Assembly: GCF_018350175.1 (NCBI RefSeq)
Contig: NC_058383.1
Location: 22,012,001-22,076,000 of the forward strand
DNA: 64,000 nucleotides
Source: Felis catus
Taxonomy: Eukaryota
Direction of reading: 5' to 3'
Position numbers and translations under genes: made by a program. Numbering within the stretch: position 1 is the first letter of the stretch; the number at the start of each line of letters is the position of its first letter. Under the pieces are notes generated by a model. That model made no database searches. It worked only from the letters and a program-made list of their open reading frames with translations, and was not told the DNA's origin. Positions 62,276 to 64,000 of this stretch are shown here, piece by piece.

Positions 62276-64000
62276 GAGGAGCCAAGATGGCAGAACAGCA
62301 TGGAAGGTTTTTTTTTTGTGTCTCGCATCCATGAAATACAACCAGATCAACACCTAGAAAACCGATCCGAGGATTAACACAACAATCTGCACAACCTGAA
62401 CCACAGAACTCAGCAGGTACACGGCGCAGAGAGGTGAACTGGGGTAGAGAGAAGCCGCAGAGGGCAGGGAGCTGGTGGAGAGAGGATGGAGCTGGTGAAG
62501 AGTATGGGAAAAGCACTCCCCAGTAGCAGCTGGAGAGAAAGTGGAAAAGTAGAAACAGCCGCAGGGACCGAACTAAAAAGGAGAAAGGAGAAAGGAGAGG
62601 GTTTAAATTTCATTAAGACTATAAACAGGGGAGCGCAGAGTCTGAAACGCCGCAGCTCTATACCTGGCGGTGCTCTGGTGAGAAGGGCGAATCCCCAGGA
62701 GCAGAGTGGGGTCCGGTGTTCTTCAGGCCACACAGGAGAGGCGGTTCCCCTGCTGGGAGGACATCTGGTAGAGGCTGTGTGGGTCCCCCCCAAAGCAAGG
62801 CTCCAGTGGCCCCGGGAGAAAAACCACTTTCGCTGGTGCTGCAACAAAGTCCCTGGGGGTGAAGCCTGGTGCCAGATGCGTGTTGTGATTTGCCATAGAC
62901 CCTGAAACACTGCTGCTACACTGTCGCGCAAACTTTTTCTGGGGCGGGCTGGCACCCGGTCGCAGTCTCCGGCCCGCGGCAGCAGTACAGTCTTGCGAAC
63001 ATTCCTGAGTGTGGCCGGCATCCGGCCATTGCTCGGTGAGGCCCTCCACAGAGGGGCAGAACAGGTCGATGCCGCAGTCCCTCAGAAGTGAGGGGTCGGG
63101 AAACACAGCCGCATCTGCCTGGGTCTTGGTCACGGACGGTCTAAAAGCGGGGAATGGATGGAAGCCGAAGACAAAGGATAGATGTGCGATTGCTGATCCG
63201 CCAGAACAGAATTCTGATACTAGAGACCTGGCGGCTGGCTGTCGCCATTTTCACTGCCCTCGCGCATGCGCATACGCCCCTACAAGCGCCACAATCATCC
63301 ACCCCACTAAGCTAAGCGGCGCCATCTAGTGGAGAATGGAGCCATTACACTAAGCCCCTTCCAAATGGGCCAACATCGCTCTTCAGCAACACAACTCTCT
63401 GCCTGCTTAGTTTACGGACAATAAAGCGCTTCACAGTTTGACTTCTAGGGGAAAACGAAGTAATTTCAATCATATTTCAGTCTGTTTGCTGGTCCATCTA
63501 TTAAATTTTCTTTTTTTTCTTTTTTCTCTTTTTCGTTTCTTTTTCTTGAATACAGAAAGAGAAAAATTATTTGAATTTTTAATTTTTATTAAAATATTTT
63601 TCTTCAATTTTTTTCTACTATACTTTTTACTTTTGTGTAAATTTTTTCAAATTCTATTTTACTTCCATCATTTCATTTTATTCTACTTCAGTCTATTCAT
63701 TTTTTCAAATTTTCAAACAATTTCCTTTTTTTTCTTTCTTTCTTTCCCCCATTTCTCTAATCTATCAAGCTCCTTTCAACACCCAGACCAAAAGGCACCT
63801 AGAATCTGACATCATTTATTTCATTAGTATGTGTGTGTGTGTTGTTTTTAATTTTTTAATTTTAATTTTTCTAACCTCATTAATTCCTTTTATCCCTTCA
63901 AAATGACAAAACGAAGGAATTCACCACAAAAGAAAGAGCAGGAAGAAATGACAGCCAGGGACTTAACCAACACAGATACAAGCAAGATATCTGAACCAGA
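62276..64000 (+). mobile_element. 5' end of a carnivore LINE-1: about 1.6 kb 5'UTR and start of ORF1 (ATG 63903), running off the window
   Basis: Starts GAGGAGCCAAGATGGC (YY1 site typical of L1 5' ends), then a CpG-rich 5'UTR and a T-rich tract. ORF begins MTKRRNSPQKKEQEEMTARDL, resembling carnivore L1 ORF1p N-termini. Confidence 0.9.

Noticed and set aside
62268..63329. Antisense ORFs in the L1 5'UTR as an ORF0 analogue
   Set aside because: ORF0 is described for primate L1; these GC-rich ORFs show no resemblance I can support.
1..64000. CRISPR array, operon or other prokaryote-type system
   Set aside because: No regularly spaced repeat-spacer array or gene cluster; the window is mammalian intronic and promoter DNA.

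Overview
Mammalian (carnivore) genomic DNA, most likely a felid such as domestic cat, judging from about 28 Can-SINE/SINEC_Fc-type SINEs and carnivore-type L1. The only host coding sequence is the first coding exon of CACNG3 (TARP gamma-3, AMPA-receptor auxiliary subunit) on the minus strand (CDS 58818-58608, ending in a GT donor). Its CpG-island promoter/5' region lies at about 58.8-60.0 kb. Positions 1-58607 appear to be intron 1, because I could not find exon 2. The intron holds SINEs, MIR/L2/CR1 fossils, hAT MITEs, nested LTRs, a young 5'-truncated L1 with open ORF2 and TSD, a tailless U6 retrocopy and a 0.9 kb purine-rich repeat. The 5' end of another L1 starts about 2.3 kb beyond the CpG island. 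Nearly all ORFs in the supplied track are spurious. I found no novel multi-gene system. The best leads are regulatory: a duplicated, rearranged RE1/NRSE-like 29-mer, an overlapping uORF across the CACNG3 start codon, and a candidate poison exon within an enhancer-like stretch. Repeat family names come from recognition by eye and boundaries of old repeats are approximate.
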